Shown piece by piece: positions 14,590-27,891 of a DNA stretch of 64,000 bases; position 1 is the stretch's first letter, and the number at the start of each line of letters is the position of its first letter. The stretch spans positions 24,242,001-24,306,000 of the forward strand of contig OX597832.1 of assembly GCA_951406725.2 (NCBI GenBank). Direction: 5' to 3'. Made by a program: the position numbers and the translations under genes. Source of the stretch: Octopus vulgaris (lineage: Eukaryota). Under the pieces are notes generated by a model, which had not been told where the DNA came from, searched no databases, and was given only the letters and a program-made list of their open reading frames with translations.

Positions 14590-15096
14590 ATACTGAAATG
14601 GACAAAAAATAAATAAATAAAAACTAAAGAAATCAGTTATCATAGAAAAAAAAATCTAGAATGTTTAATATAAAAATAAAATTTCACATAAACATACAAA
14701 AAACAAATATTTGTAATAACTAAGTTAAATCTACTGGGCTACACAGTTCTGTTCTTCCATCATGTTATTTATTGATTCTTCCGGAATAATTCCCAACAGA
14801 TCTGTGTGCGTGCATGCGTGTGTGTGTGTGTGTGTTTGAGAAAGAGTTGGGGGCGGATGTTTAGATGTGATAATTGAGTTTGGTGTAATGCGAGCTTCGG
14901 TTTATTGAAAATCTTTACTGATTACGTAGTGATGAGCGTGTGTGTGTGTGTGTGTGTGTAAGAGTCTGAGAGAGAGATGGAGAAATAGTTTGGAAACTGA
15001 TTTAGAAAAACGGTTAGAAATTGAGTTTTTTGTTTTCTTCTGTCAATCAATAGAAACTGAACAGAAAATTTTGTCATTCACTCAATCTTTTATTCA

Positions 15097-15130
<34 letters not shown>

Positions 15131-15544
15131 TGGAATATGTTGAGTTTTTTTTGTTTGTTTTAGTATGTTATGATTAGTAGAAGTATTGCATTTTTCTAAT
15201 GTATGCATGTGTTAAACAGCATTGATATACATATATATATATATATATATATATGTTCAGACACCACCTAGTGTAAAAGATGTGTGTGTATATACATATA
15301 TATGAAGCACATAGTTAATTTTGTATATTTGCATCTATTCATATATATATATATTACGGAGATGTACTTGCATAGCAAGTGACCTGATCTGGGATTGTGT
15401 GCTAGAACGAAAACAATAGCAGCGTGGAAGGTGTTTATAAGCCATTTAAGAAACACACAAAAAATTTAAATGTTGAAGTGAATCTAACGGTTTTTGTGTG
15501 TTTCTTAAATGGCTTATAAACACCTTCCACGCTGCAATTATTTA

Positions 15545-15587
<43 letters not shown>

Positions 15588-17220
15588 CAGTTGTACAGAG
15601 AATATGATTTGTCTTTTATCCCCCCTGAATCCAAAAATTAATTCCTTTTAGTGTGCAAGGAAAGAAACGACTGTGTACATATATACTGTAATTTATTGAG
15701 TGTACATTTATGCACACACAACAACGTGCTAATTCTAGGCTTCGTTCAGTTTCCTTGCTATTATTTATCACGCACAGCCAACATTTATAAAACTCCCTCT
15801 CTCTCTCTCTCTGTCAGTATTTTATAAGACTATATCGTAATAGCATTTAAATATGGGTTTGAAGCTTGTATTTTTTCATTTTTTAATTTCGCAATTCAAA
15901 ATTGTTTCTTAGTAAGATTTTCTTTCCGATGAATTTTTTCTTTCGTTTTATTTTTTTTGGAGCAGTGGATCTTGAAGCAAATAAAGCTATAAATTATAGC
16001 ATGTAAATACTGGCTAAAAAAATCTCTTTTTGGATAGAAAAAGTCAGAGACTGCCTGTTAGACTTGCACTCGCATCTGTAAACAAGAGAACATTGTGTTT
16101 ACAGGAGACAGGGGTTTGAATCCCTGGGGCAGCCTTTGGTTTATCGTATCCAAAGGTTTTTTTTTAACCTACTATTTAAACACTATAGTTTATAGCCTTA
16201 TCTCAGTGGTTCTTTTACCACTGGGCCCCTTTGAATGCTATTTTACTCTGGTGGACCCTCATAGCCATTTGGTACTTAAAGACTAGTCCTTAGACATCAT
16301 CATCATCATCATCATTGTTTAACGTCTGTTTTTCATGCTGGCATGCATTGGATGGTTTAACTGTGGGCTGGCAAGCCAGAAGGCCCCACCAGGCTCCAAT
16401 CTAATCTGGCAATGTTTCTACAGCTGGATACCCTTCCTAATGCCAACCACTCCGAGCGTGTAGTGGATGCTTTTTACGTGCCATTGGCACAGGAGCCAGT
16501 CAGGCAGGCCTGGCATCGATCACGTTTGGATGGTGCTTTTTATGTGCCACTGGCACGGGAGAAAAACACTTCTTTTAAAATTTCTATTTTGTTTTTCACA
16601 CATCCACTTGTATAGGTTTGCAATAACTCTTTCTGAGAGAACACACGTGTTTCAGTATCTGGGAACCTGTATAAAACATTAGGGAAAGAAACTGAGCTGT
16701 TTCTTTGCAATAAATACAAGTAAAGTAAAATTTCTTCATGAACCCTTAAAATACTACTGTGGATTCCCTATTTACTATTTTGCTTGTGTGGATCCCTAAA
16801 AATCTTATATGGCCCTCCAGGTATCTCATGAACCCTGGTTATGAAACACTGCTCTATGTGCTTCAAGATACACCGTTCCAAAAAAGAATTATTTCATGTC
16901 CTCTCAATGTTTATGAATTCCTTTTGGTAAATATTTTTTTCTGTTGATAAATTGATGAGGAGGAAATAAAGTTTTTTTTTAAAAAAAAAAAACCTAATAA
17001 TTTACTTAACGAACTAAGTAAATTGCAAAAATCACTGAAATTGTGCACATAAACTAAACCAAGACAATTTTCAGACCCTAATATATGTATGTATGTATGG
17101 ATGTCTATTTACTGTTGATGTTTGTATGATGTTTTATACATGTAAACCAAAAAGAAAAGAAATGAGCTGTTTTCTTATGACATTGTAACTAATTTGCTTT
17201 TTCCAAATGCATCTCTTCAG

Positions 17221-17264
17221 ACTTTAGCCAATGCTGTTGTGAAAGTGGTTATCCCCACAGAAAG
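17221..17264 (+). CDS. U2SURP: U2SURP 44-nt exon (TLANAVVKVVIPTER)
   Basis: cttcag / gtatac; conserved VKVVIPTER. Confidence 0.93.
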
Positions 17265-17864
17265 GTATACATTTTTTAGTCTTTTTCTAGTCGTAGTTGA
17301 AAGAAATACGGTAAATTTCCTTTTTGTTGTTTTTTTTTTAAAACTTAATATACATATATATATTTTTTCTTTTATATTTGAGCAAAAACAAAAGACGAAA
17401 AAAAAATGACAGAAAAAAATAAAAATGAAATTTAAAAAAAAATTATTATTGAAATGTTTGTCTATAACTGAATAGGTACTTGTTGAATTTTGACACAAAA
17501 TCTAAACAATGCAAGGATCTTAAGTATATATCTGAAACAATAAAATTAAACATGGAATCATATGTATAACAACAACAACAATTTATAACTTAGGTACAAG
17601 GCTTAACAATATTAACAACAAAGAGGAGAAATTTTCTTTTTCTTTTTTTTTAAATAATAAATCACTTTAATCTTTAACCTCCAGCCATCCTTTCCATACA
17701 CATTTTTAAAATCAAAAGTTTTTATAGATGACTTGAAACAAGCACACAAAGTTGTGTGTGTGTCTGTGTGTGATAACTTGTTTTGAAGTGTTTGCTCAAT
17801 GTGGCTAACTCCAATACATTAAATTGTTGTATAGCTGGCTGAGTACTCCACATTTTTAACCGGC

Positions 17865-18323
17865 TTCTGTGCCAGTGGCACTTAAAGGGCACCATTTGAG
17901 CGTGATCTTTACCAGCATCGCCTTACTGGCACTTGTGCCCGTTCTAGTAGGGTGCCAAGAGCACCATCCGAGCGTGATTGTTGCTAGAGCAGCCAACTGG
18001 CTTCTGTGCCAGTGGCATATAAAGGGCACCATTCGAGCGTGATCGTTACCAACGTTGCCTTACTGGCACCTGTGCTGGTGGCATGTGTAAAACGATTTGA
18101 GCGAGGTCGTTGCCAGTACCTCCTGACTGGCTACCGTGCCGGTGGCACATAAAAAGCATCCACTACACTCTCGGAGTGGTTGGCATTAGGAAGGGCATCC
18201 AGCTGTAGAAACTCTGCCAAATCAAGATTGGAGCCTGATGCAACCATCTGGTTTGCCAGCCCTCAGTCAAAATCGTCCAACCCATGCTAGCATGGAAAGC
18301 GGTCATTAAACGACGATGATGAT
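17865..18323 (+). mobile_element. Family C element with expanded 5' units
   Basis: Several gtgcc(a/g)gtggca units, core, (GAT)n tail. Confidence 0.75.
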
Positions 18324-19214
18324 GTAATCATCAGGTTTAACTACATGGCACAGTCAGTATGTCCTATGAATTGCAAATGCAGTTCATCATATATGTGTGC
18401 TTCACAACCACATGGTTTTAGATACAGTATGGTGCCTCGAGCAAGTGTCTTCTTCTGTAGACTCAGGCCAGCCAGAACCCTGTGGGTGGATTTGGTGGAC
18501 AGAAATTAACAGAAGCCTATTATATATACAAAAACATGTGCACATGTGAGTGCATTATTACCTGCTTCCTTTGCTTCACAGTTGTGTCACCGTGATGTAA
18601 GCAGTGTCCTTTTTTTTTTATGAAAATGCTTTTCCTGTCAACAACCCACACCTGTTTTTCAAGTAAAAGATTGTTTCTGTTCCGAAGGAATTTGAAAGCA
18701 TAGAACTAGCAGATAATTTCTTGATTGGAAATGTCGGCCGATGTCATTAGTTGCAGCACAACCACAAAAGGTGATGTTATTTGAAGCATGTCTGATCCAT
18801 GCAAACACGAAGATGTGGATGTTAAATAATGACCATAGATGTCACTCACGAATATGACTTGTTAGCATGACGTATCATACTTTTGCTATTTGTTTTAGGT
18901 ATCTGAGGTAGTTGCAAGCAGACATATGTCTCAGCCTTCCAGGTGTTCAGCTATCGTTTCTCTCTCTCTCTCTCTTTTTCCGGTTGTTCACATTCTTGAT
19001 GTTCCACCAGGTTAAGAGTAGGAGAACGAAGAGGATATCTCTGTTTGCTTGCAGGTACATAGGCATCTAAACCAAATCCCAAAAGCATGCAATATGCTAC
19101 CAGGTCGTTCTTGCTTGCGAGGGACAGTTGTGGCCTATATTCATCACATCACATCACATGTACCCCTGCATACACACACATACATCTATCTGTAGTGGTA
19201 AATTTAAAAGAGAA

Positions 19215-19600
19215 AGTGGCTGTGTGGTAAGTAGCTTGCTTACCAACCACATGGTTCCGAGTTCAGTCCCACTGCGTGGCATCTTGGGCAAGTGTCTTCT
19301 GCTATAGCCCCAGGCCGACCAATGCCTTGTGAGTGGATTTGGTAGACGGAAACTGAAAGAAGCCTGTCGTATATATGTATATATATATATATGTGTGTGT
19401 GTGTCTGTGTTTGTCCCCCTAGCATTGCTTGACAACCGATGCTGGTGTGTTTACATCCCCGTAACTTAGCGGTTTGGCAAAAAGAGACCGATAGAATAAG
19501 TACTGGGCTTGAAAAGAATAAGTCCCGGGGTTGATTTGTTCGACTAAAGGCGGTGCTCCAGCATGGCCGCAGTCAAATGACTGAAACAAGTAAAAGAGAG
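19215..19600 (+). mobile_element. SINE family A
   Basis: Near-identical to 3098-3522. Confidence 0.85.
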
Positions 19601-21112
19601 TTATCAAAGAATGAAATTGTTGTTAATTTTGTTATGCCAAATAGTTTTTTTTCTCCTCATCCTTTTGGTATAATGTCAAATTAGTTGCCTTGCATATGTT
19701 TAGGTTTGGTGTCAAAACTCTTAAGGAATCTTTTTTTATGCTTTTACGAACTGTTGCTAGGACTTTGGTGCTAGGTCCTTGCACGTATCACCAGGCATCT
19801 CAGGAAGAAGAAAAACATAGATAAGAAAGCGACTAAGTCTTTTACGTACAGCATCGACTTCAGACCAATGTGGTGTCCAGGAGAACGTCAGGAAGAATGG
19901 CAGAGACTGCAGCTAAAAGAGTGGAATATGCTCAGTACTGACCCTGCATGTCTTTGAGAGAGAAAGAGAGAGAGAGAGAGTGTGCATGAGCGTCTGTGTC
20001 TGTCTGTCTGTCTCTGTCTCTCTCTCTCTCTCTCTGGTGCTTAGGACTGTTACCGGTTCCGTTGTGGTTCTCTCCCGCAGCGGATTAGGGGCAAGAGGGA
20101 GAGAGAGGAGAGGAGGAGAAGAGGAGGCAGTAGCAATGGCTGATGAAACAAGACAAGCAGCGAATGGACCTGTTTTTTTTGGGTTTTCGGTGTCAGACAT
20201 GGTAGACGATACAATGATGATGATGATGATGTGATGGTGTTGATGATGACGATGACGACGAAGGTGTTGTTGTTATTTGTTGCTGTTGCTGGCTGTGTAA
20301 TTTAAACTACCCACCTACCTACCTACCTTTACCAACTGGTTGCCTTCTCCTGTTCAACCGATTGACATACCCACTACTACTACTACTACTACTACAACCA
20401 TCATCATTACTACTACTACTACTACTACTACTACCACAGCTTCTCACTGGTCCTGGTTGATTGCTGATCCCTTTCTACTTGCTTACTCGCTCGGCCTGTC
20501 TCTGCTATCGGTGAGTTCTCCTCTTAACAACATCCGCTTAACGTTCTGTAGGAGTACATCCCTAAAATAGCCTCTCATGAGATGTCTTATGTTCTCTTCT
20601 CTTGTCAAAAAGATTGTTTTAGAAAACATAAAAAAAAAATTGGGAAAAAAAAAACAAAGAAAAAATTATGTTGTTGTTGACGATGATGATGATGATGATG
20701 ACAATAATAGTGATAATGTCGTTGCCTTTGTTTCTAAGAATATAATTACTCACGTTGTTGTTGTTATTATTGCTGTGTTTATGATTATTTGATTTTTGTT
20801 AATTATGTAATGTAAACATGTCATGTCCTCATAAATCTATTTGCTTCCTGATTTCTTCATACACACACAAAAATACATACATGTGTGTATACACTCACAC
20901 ACAAACACACACATCCATATACATGCACACTCATTTATGCTCATACATATACTCACATCTATATGCATCGCCCATTCTCTCTCTCTGGATGTGTGTGTTT
21001 TCACACACACACAAATCCAAGGTAGAACAGAAAAATACACAACATGCAGAAAAAAGGACGATAGAATAACGGCAAACAGGAAGGACATTTGGCTTAAAAG
21101 ACAATACCCCAG

Positions 21113-21493
21113 CAATAATAATAATAATAATAATAATGAAATTATTGTATACAGTGCTCAGGTGCACCACAACTTGTCAAAAGTGCGTATAAAGCATATG
21201 CAGTAATGTACAAATGTCTGGAAAGTGAACAGTGTATGAGTCAGGTACATGCTTGCGTGTGTATGGAGGGGAGAAAATCAGGTGTAGTGTTGGCGAATCT
21301 CAGGAAGCATGGAAGTTTTGAAGGATGCAGTGCTCCGACAACTAACAACTGATGCCGGCAGTTTGTTCCATGCTTCAGCAACTCTTGGCGTGAAAAAAAT
21401 GTTTCCGGAAGTCATGGGAGCTGTGCTGTTTTCTGACTTTGTAAACATGTCCACGGGTGGAGTTAGACAGATGGAGTTTGAAAAGGTGCTCAG
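21113..21493 (-). mobile_element. CR1-like LINE 3' fragment (same family as 60035)
   Basis: Reverse complement of ~60340-60705 including (ATT)n tail. Confidence 0.85.
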
Positions 21494-23747
21494 ATTTGTA
21501 TTTGTCTAACCCATGCTAGCATGGAAAAACAGACGAAAATGCAAATGAATTTATATATATTTAATATTTTTGAACTAATGTGTATATGTCGATTAATGTG
21601 TTGAAGTGTTGAGTAGGAAACTGGCACAGTTTGGGTGACATGATGTCATTCGCAGTTGGGGTATATTTCCGTTGGATCTACTTCTGGAACTCTGCAGTGT
21701 TAGGTAAGATAATAATAATAATAATAATAATAATTTTTTTTAAGTAACCAAATGGATTTGGTATTAATCTTTATTTTGTACAACGGTCGTTTCGACCCAT
21801 CCTGCTCTGTCCCTTATGGGTGTGACTCTGTTCAACATGTTGTTTTGCATCCATTTTGCAGTCTGGGTGGCCAAAATTCAGGTTCTTTAGTGAGACCTAG
21901 ACTGCAAAATGGATGCAACGCAACATGTTGAACAGAGTTCCGCCCATAAGTGACAGTAGCAGGATGGATCAAAACGACCATTCTACAAAATATAGATATA
22001 TATACCAAATATAGATATATATACCAATTCCATCTTCTGCTTACTTAAATGGGCTGGTTATGTTGCACTGGCATAGGTCACAGTTACGGTCTCACTGGGC
22101 TTGCTCATATATATTATAATTGGCACCCAAGTAAAAAGCACCATTCAAGCATGGTTGATGCCAGTGCCGCCTGACTGGCCCCTGTGTTGGTGGGATGTAA
22201 AAAGCACCCACTTCACTCTTGGAGTGGTTGGCGTTAGGAAGGGCATCAAGCTGTAGAAACTTTGCCATCTCAGATTGGAGCCTGGTGCAGCCTTCTGGCT
22301 TGCCAGCCCTCAGTCAAACTGTCCAAAGTGGACGTAAACAACGATGACATTGATGATGTTATATATATATATATATATATATCTCAACACACACACATCT
22401 AGAGTGCATATCCAGAGTATGTTACATGTGTATTTCAGTCAGTTTCACATATTTTATCTACATTATTTATGGCCTTACTACATTGTCATTCAAAAACTTA
22501 GCATTTCTATTATATTTAACAATTAAAAGAAAAAAAAAAACAACCAAAGTCCTGGAGATACATGTGTTCTGTGTTGACAAAAAACTATTTGGAATTGTTT
22601 GTAAATTCAGGCTTGATCCCAGAATTCAGGGATTGTTTTCTGTTCAGCACAGCATACAAAATATCTATATTGTGTGTGTAAGATTCGAGTGAGGTCGTTG
22701 CCAGTACTGCCTGACTGGCCCCGTGCCGGTGGCACGTAAAAAGCACCCACTACACTCTCGGAGTGGTTGGTGTTAGGAAGGGCATCCAGCTGTTGAAACT
22801 CTGCCAGATCAAGATTGGAGCCTGGTGTGGCCGTCTGGTTTGCCAGCCCTCAGTCAAAATTGTCCAACCCATGCTAGCATGGAAAGCGGACATTTCAACG
22901 ATGATGATGATGATATATGTGTGTGCGTGTGTGTGTGTGTATAGATATATAGCAAGCATTAAGCATTGATGGGTGGGTGGATTCTTCTGAATGACTTGTG
23001 TGTTTCTATGGCTAGACTGAAAATGATGTTTGGCAAGTTTACTGCAGTCTGTTGAACAAGGGCTACGCACGCTTTTTAGGCTTTTGTACAAATAAACAAA
23101 CAAAATTTATTGCGTGATAGAGAAAGAGAAACTAGGCTGAATACACCATGGAGATTTTGTACATCTTACATTTACACACATTCTTACATTCTCAAATCAA
23201 AATTTTACCCTATTCCATCGGGTTTTAATTTTTCTCTTTTTTTTTTTTATATAAGAATTCACAATTCTACCTGAACTAATTCTATTCACACACACACACA
23301 CCTGTTGGGTTGTCAGGTTAATCTGTTTTTGCTTTTCGATTTAATTTCAATCCTTATTTTTTCATTGTTTGCGTGAAAAGAGGTAAATTTTATTCAAATT
23401 TCAAAAACAGTCAAAATTTGTAGAATGAAGAATAGAGCTACAAAAAGAAAAACAAAAAACGACCCCTATAAAACACAAGGATGCCAAAAAAAAATATATT
23501 TTCCGTTTTAATTCAAACAACATTGGAAAGAAATAAACCAATATATCTGTCAACCCAATATTCAAATCTTAATCCTGTTTTTGTCTTAACTCCTAAGGTT
23601 CACTTCAAATATTCCAATAAGTAGGATATTGTCCCTACATTCACACAAAACACACACACACATTCTCTCTCTCTCTCTTTCTCTCTCTCAAACATTTGAA
23701 ACTTCAGGCATTGTTGTCATTTCCATATGTTGTTGGAAATGTTTTAG

Positions 23748-23957
<210 letters not shown>

Positions 23958-24590
23958 TAAGTCCCGTATTCTTCATTGTTTTAGTCTCTAACCCAAATTC
24001 CTCATTTAACAGACCGCCACCACCATCACCACTGCCCTCATTACCGCCAACGCCATCATCGTTCCCACCACCACCATCACTGCCATTACCTTCAGTGTCA
24101 CCAATTTACTGTTTTACAAAAGGCAACATTCGCATTATTCCTGAATATCATATTAACGGTGGAGACTCTGTGCGAGTCATTTCCTCTGCTTGAAATAGCA
24201 ACTAGTTCTCTCCCTCGAATCCCACTCTTTGTCATCATCTCTGCATAGCCATCACAAGGGGCACCCCTTGTTGTAGTCTAATGGCTTGTCTGCCTCAAAG
24301 ACCTTCAAAGCTATACAAGCAGAGTGCAGGCTACTGGCAAGGGCCTCCCATGCTGGACAAGTCAAAGGGACTGAGGCCAAATTAATACGTACCTCTGCCA
24401 GATCAAGATTGGTGCCTGGTGCGGCCGTCTGGTTCGCCAGCCCTCAGTCAAAATCGTCCAACCCATGCTAGCATGGAAGGCGGACATTAAACGATGATGG
24501 ATGATGATGATGATGATGATGGAAAACATGTACAGTTACCCAATCGTCAAAGCCTTCACTCAAGTTTTCTTTCTTTCATTCTGTTTCCAG

Positions 24591-24657
24591 ATTTTTATTT
24601 GAAAACCAGAGTCCAGCTCACACTTACTATAGATGGAAACTTTTCACTATTCTACAG
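24591..24657 (+). CDS. U2SURP: U2SURP exon, SURP end (FLFENQSPAHTYYRWKLFTILQ)
   Basis: ttccag / gtatct. Confidence 0.95.
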
Positions 24658-24984
24658 GTATCTATCAGTTTATCGTTTCTCGTTTCTTTTGATGTGTTGA
24701 TGCTGAACGTCAACTGTTTACGACAGCCAGGCACTTGCGTACGGCCTTGTGCCAAAGTAAAATGTTAAAAAGTCTATGGAGAGGACCAAAACTTTAGGAT
24801 TTTAGCTTGTCATGTATGTTATTGTTTAGTTATTGTTCACCATCAATTTGGCTCTGATGAGACCCGCAAACAATGAAGATCGCTTATCTACAATCTGTGA
24901 AATTCTGATCCTCATGGCTTACGTACATGTTTGTCAATCTTCATTGTTGTATGTTGTGTATTTGTTTGCATTGCACTGTATGTG

Positions 24985-25026
<42 letters not shown>

Positions 25027-25904
25027 TTCGTCCAACCCATGCTAGCATGGAAAGCAGACGTTAAACGATGATATATATATATATATATATACATGCACAC
25101 ACATATACACACTCTGTAGGTTCAGTCCCAGTCTGATCAAAGCCTTGCGAGTGGATTTTGTTGGCGGGAACTAAAACAATCCTGTCGTACATATATATGT
25201 ATATCTTATCATTTAATATATATGTGTGAGTATATATACATACATGTTTGTGTGTTTATGTATATATATGTGCATACACACATTTGTGTCTATCAACTTG
25301 ATCCTTGAAGTTGTGGCCTTGTGTCTATGTTAGAAAAAAAAACAAAATATTATTTTAAACGATTTAACAAAGGCAGCAAGCTGGCAGAAACATTAGCATA
25401 CTGGGCGAAATGCTTAACAGTATTTTGCCTGTTTTTATGTTCTGAGTTCAAATTCCACTGAGGTCAATTTTGCCTTTCATTCTTTTGAGGTCAATAAATG
25501 AAGTACCAGTTGCATACTAGGGTCAATCTAATCGACTGACCCCCTCCCCAAAAATTTCAGGCCTTGTGCCTAGAGTAGAAAAGCACGCCAGACAAAATGT
25601 TGAGTTGCATTTCTTCCAACTTTATGTTCTGGGTTCAAATTCTGGCAAGGTTAACTTTGCCTTTCATCCTTTCGGGGGTTAATATAATCAACTGACCCTC
25701 TACCCAAAAATTTCAGGACTTGTACCTGCAGTAGAAAGGAATACTAATGGTTTAACTCTTTAACATTTAATCCGGCCATATCTGGCCCAAATATTCTACC
25801 TGTTTTATGTTAAAACTGACCAGATCTGGCTTCTCACACCTATCCTATAATGTCACTCAAAACCTAAAACACATCACCAAAATCTGAAAGCTACATGGTA
25901 ATGT

Positions 25905-26185
25905 AGCTTCCTGAGCATCGGCTGTGGGGTCACTCCGAAAAGTTCTATCTGCGACGATTTCATCTCAATCGAAGGAGAGGGGCTTTCTCCGCCTGGGTTG
26001 CGGATCCATGGAACAAGCTGCCGGACGAGATAGTGAAGATGCCGACGACCGCTCGGTTCAAAGTCTCACTTGACCAGAAATGGCCTGAACTCTTTGCATG
26101 AACACCCTCCCTGTACATAACTCCATGTCCCCCTACATGGCCTTGCTTTTTGCTTTTTGAGCCAAAAAATTAACTCAACTTAATT
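25905..26185 (+). mobile_element. CR1-like LINE 3' fragment (same family as 41935), inside a piggyBac-like MITE relic
   Basis: Matches ~42055-42330; encodes DPWNKLPDEIV. Confidence 0.8.
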
Positions 26186-26256
26186 TAATGCATGGTTAAT
26201 TGCTAACAATATCAATAAATAAGCAATACATTTTGATACAGTACTCTGAATGCTAA

Positions 26257-26445
<189 letters not shown>

Positions 26446-27636
26446 TAAACGTATTCTTTCATTTTCGTTTTTGTGTTATGTTTACAAGCTTCTTGTCATG
26501 GACCTGTGTAGTGAAACAGGATTTTGTTATATTTTGGGAGGGTCATCATGCCAACAGTATAATATATAATTTATTAAATAATAATTATTAGTGACAAAAG
26601 CAGTATTAATGTCTAAAGGTAATATTTATCCCCACTTAAAAGTGGATGTTGTATTAGAACACGGGATACTGCTGTACTTACCACGAGAGAACCTCTCGTG
26701 GTAATTATCATAGTATTGTGTTCTGACAGAATATCCACTCTTAAGTGGGGAGAAATATTACCTTTTTTTATATAATATATATTATTTTTTATGCTTTGGC
26801 TATTTTTACAATTGTGATTTTAATTGGGCCATTTGTTTTGCTTCAATGGAGGGGAGAAAATCTGTTCCTTGTTCAATTCAGTTACTTTGTAACAACAATT
26901 ATTAAAGTATGACTGTAGGTTCATAGTAAATCTTTCTCTTTTTTAATAAATAAAAATCAGAAAATTACATACAAAGATGTTATTGGAGCTCATACATGCT
27001 TTCAATTTTGTTGTTTTCATCTGATAAAAGTGTATTATTTGAAGTGACAAGAATCATTAGATTCCATTAAATTTATACTTGATCAACTGTTGAAGATAAG
27101 GAAGCATGTCCTTTTACAGACTTCTCTAGTCTTCTGATCTAATGCTTAAACCGTTTCTTTAGTTTTGAGTGGATAGGTTGCACAGACCTATCATGGGAAG
27201 TGTTTTGGTTATGACCATCCTGTCTTTTTTTCTCTCAAACATTGTGTATCTAGGAGTATATATTGTTGTGTGCCCTACCTTTCTTAATCCTTTTTATACC
27301 ATCCCATCTGAGACTGTTCCTGGTTCTGTGATACAAACTTTGTTTTAAAGTGATCTGACTTAAATCTTCCCCTTCAAAATTTCATGTCAATTTATATTCA
27401 AACATCAGCTTAATGAGAAAAAAAATTATTTTACCAAATTCTTTTGTTTTTCAAAGTTAATTGAAAGAAAAAAGCAATATATTTCAACAGAAACATGGTC
27501 ACAAAAGGATTACGATGCTAGGATGTAATTTGAGGGAGATTTGGCTACTGCTTAAAGCTGGTGCGGGCTACGATGTAGAAGACTCCCTCATTAGTTCATA
27601 GAGATTCAAAAGTTTTTATTTTTGTTTGTTTTCTGA

Positions 27637-27891
<255 letters not shown>

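Noticed and set aside
13900-15250. Nested gene or alternative 3' end in a SINE-poor AT-rich stretch
   Set aside because: No coding or structural signal; AATAAA hits are expected at this composition.
18904-18914. let-7-like TGAGGTAGT
   Set aside because: Match stops after 9 nt and no precursor hairpin is evident.
24658-24665. U12-type donor (GTATCTAT)
   Set aside because: Deviates from GTATCCTT and no U12 branch site seen.
24854-24908. C/D snoRNA or hammerhead starting CTGATGA
   Set aside because: Too short, no terminal stem or recognisable guide; no stem II closing onto GAAA.
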